DNA from: Candidatus Delongbacteria bacterium
GTDB lineage: Bacteria > CAIWAD01
Length of the DNA stretch: 64,000 nt
Direction of reading: 5' to 3'
Assembly: GCA_963663545.1 (NCBI GenBank)
Contig: OY760505.1
Span: forward strand, 672,001-736,000
Shown: in pieces, positions 62,102 to 64,000 of the stretch
How positions within the stretch are numbered: position 1 is the stretch's first letter
How the letters are laid out: each line of letters begins with the position of its first letter
Made by a program: the position numbers and the translations under genes
Notes under the pieces: generated by a model
The model's database searches: none
Seen by the model: the letters and a program-made list of their open reading frames with translations, nothing else
Told to the model about the DNA's origin: nothing

Positions 62102-64000
62102 CTACTCTTCCTCAAACCCTTGATTCTCAAACTTCAGTGTGCGGCCATTCTCCGTAACGATGCGAATGATCTGATCCGTTGGGCTTTCTTCAAACTCAGC
62201 CTCGATCTCCAGCGTGACACGGACCTTGGCACCTTTCTGGGTAACCAAGTGTGTCACGACTTCTTCGGCGATCCTGCCCGCATCACGGCCAACACGATTG
62301 GCATCCAACACCACAGCACCGTGGTAGCGTTTGTAGGTTGTTCTCGGCGGTGATGGCGGCCCCTTCGGCTTCCCACCTTCATCTGGATCTGGTCCCACAA
62401 TCGGCGGTGTTCCTCCATTGCCAGTGCTCCCCGTCGTGCCTGCACTGGTCTTGGTCTCCTGATCACGCTGTCGCTGTGCGGCCTCGGCTTTTACAACCAC
62501 TCCCGGATCGTGGTTTGAGATCAGAACACGCTCGCCCGTGCGCAGACCCTGGTAACGCTGGTTGCTGGCATCCCAGCCCTCGGCATAAGCGAAGCCATCA
62601 AGCGGCCAGGTTAGCAGTGCAACACCTTCGGAGATGGCATCACAGAGCACGGACATAGAGGTCAAGCGCTGCAGATAGACATAGCTGCCGAAGTACTCCA
62701 CCAACTGCTTGATCGAGATGTGCTGCTTGTCTTTCCACAGAATTTGATCGAGCTGCATTTTGAGAGCTGTGGACGCAAGCTTGTCAACCACCTTCTCGTC
62801 ACGCAGCAGCTTCTTGCCAGCACGAAGGGCGAGGCTTTCAGCACCTGTCAAGCGAACGCTCTCCCAGCGCAAGTCCTGATGTGGATCCAGCTGCTCAGGC
62901 ACGATCAACCAGGCATAGGTCTCCGGGATCTGCGAGCTGATGGTTTGATCCGCTTGCTTGCGCTGAGTCTCAGCTTGCCGCTTCATGCGTGGATCGAGGT
63001 TGTAGTCCTCCTCATTCTCCAGAATCCTGTTCCAGGCCAGGAAGCGCGCCGTAGCTTTGGTCAAACCCTGCAAGAGGGTCTTGTCTGCGGCCAGGAAGAC
63101 CGGGCTGTTACGGAAGAGTCGTGGTGTTGTACCGCGTTGTTGAAAGACATCCCTGGCCTGCACCATGGCAGGGCTGTCCTCAGCGCCCTTGACATGAGGC
63201 TGATCGGGGCCCAGGACTACGAGGGCTGCTCCGGGCTCGTCGGGGATATCCTGACTTCCTTGGGGTAGGGGATGAACGCGCTCGAAGACTCCCTTGACCT
63301 TCAGATCCTTCCGGAGCCGCTCGGCTATCTCCTGAAAGACTTTGTCGTGCTCCCGCTCGAGCTGCTGAGCCAGGTCCTCCGCCTCTTTCGTGATGGTCGG
63401 TCGCGTGGAATACCAGTAGCGATTCCCGTCCTGATAGAGGTAGGAAGCGACGGCCGACATCCGGCGAAGGGCATCCCCGATGAGCGCTGCAGACTCTTGC
63501 GGCTGCATGCTACCCAAGCGGATTCGCCGATCCTCCAGTCCTGAGTTCTCCTTGCCTGTACCGGGTGCCGTTCCCAGAAAAATGGTCCGAGCTACACGAC
63601 GGCAGGTGTGGTACTTGCCAAGTGCGGGTACCTGGGCATCGACCTTTACGGGTAGGGAATCAGGGCCATCAACTTCTTTGCCCAGAAGCGGAATCCAGCT
63701 GTCCACGAGATAACGAGTCAGCTCTGCGCTGACCTGGGGAGTATCAAGGGGCAGCGTGCCGGGGAGAATCAAGGGACTTGTATCACCGCGTTCCCAGAGA
63801 TCATGAATCACGGTAGCCATCAAGCGCAGCACGCCACGGGTGCGCTGAAATTTGAGCAGCGTGCTCCAATCCTGATAGAGGCGATCGAAAACTTCGGGAT
63901 GGATCGGATAAGCTTCCTTGATCCGCCTCTCGTACTCCGGCTGGCGAGTGTCCGGGGGGAAATCCTGCGCGTTTTGCCGGTAGAAATCAGCAAAGGCCGC
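62102..64000 (-). CDS. DUF499 family AAA+ ATPase, C-terminal part (5' end outside the window)
   Basis: Frame stays open to the window edge: AYPIHPEVFDRLYQDWSTLLKFQRTRGVLRLMA, RRVARTIFLGTAP, ENGRTLKF. Confidence 0.88.
   Translation of the reverse strand, partial: AAFADFYRQNAQDFPPDTRQPEYERRIKEAYPIHPEVFDRLYQDWSTLLKFQRTRGVLRLMATVIHDLWERGDTSPLILPGTLPLDTPQVSAELTRYLVDSWIPLLGKEVDGPDSLPVKVDAQVPALGKYHTCRRVARTIFLGTAPGTGKENSGLEDRRIRLGSMQPQESAALIGDALRRMSAVASYLYQDGNRYWYSTRPTITKEAEDLAQQLEREHDKVFQEIAERLRKDLKVKGVFERVHPLPQGSQDIPDEPGAALVVLGPDQPHVKGAEDSPAMVQARDVFQQRGTTPRLFRNSPVFLAADKTLLQGLTKATARFLAWNRILENEEDYNLDPRMKRQAETQRKQADQTISSQIPETYAWLIVPEQLDPHQDLRWESVRLTGAESLALRAGKKLLRDEKVVDKLASTALKMQLDQILWKDKQHISIKQLVEYFGSYVYLQRLTSMSVLCDAISEGVALLTWPLDGFAYAEGWDASNQRYQGLRTGERVLISNHDPGVVVKAEAAQRQRDQETKTSAGTTGSTGNGGTPPIVGPDPDEGGKPKGPPSPPRTTYKRYHGAVVLDANRVGRDAGRIAEEVVTHLVTQKGAKVRVTLEIEAEFEESPTDQIIRIVTENGRTLKFENQGFEEE

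Overview
GC-rich (about 60% by eye) bacterial chromosomal window, probably from an FCB-superphylum lineage. This is inferred from the many C-terminal 'YPNPFN' FlgD-Ig/T9SS-type sorting domains, the Bacteroidota/Chlorobi-type insertion in AtpD, and the signal-peptide/His-rich AtpB. Left to right: a partial SpoIID/LytB gene; RpiB with an EutQ-like N-terminal extension; a membrane-anchored GH2-fold protein lacking its catalytic glutamates; an Agl/Glt-like motor cluster (two large TPR proteins, CglF/GltF-like, an unknown Cys protein, ExbB/TolQ, two ExbD, AgmX/PglI-like TonB); a complete F1Fo ATP synthase operon headed by M23 peptidase and bactofilin; a Fis-HTH orphan; yceD-rpmF-fabH-fabD-fabG-acpP-fabF-rnc-yigZ-CNNM; several secreted modular proteins; a CPA antiporter pair; a Cys/His-rich RPP-ending leader ORF before a TonB-dependent receptor; five tandem secreted genes with variable N-termini and near-identical C-termini; a ggt/pgsW/TRAP/M14 operon; tRNA-Arg(ACG) followed by repeat scars; and the 3' end of a DUF499 ATPase gene (probable defence island). 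The strongest unexplained signals are a window-wide excess of the palindromic heptamer GTRWYAC, the variable/constant gene array, the Agl/Glt-like machine, the putative metal-sensing arrest peptide, and an inverted 22-bp copy of the tRNA anticodon arm. All family calls come from motif recognition by eye; no database search was run.
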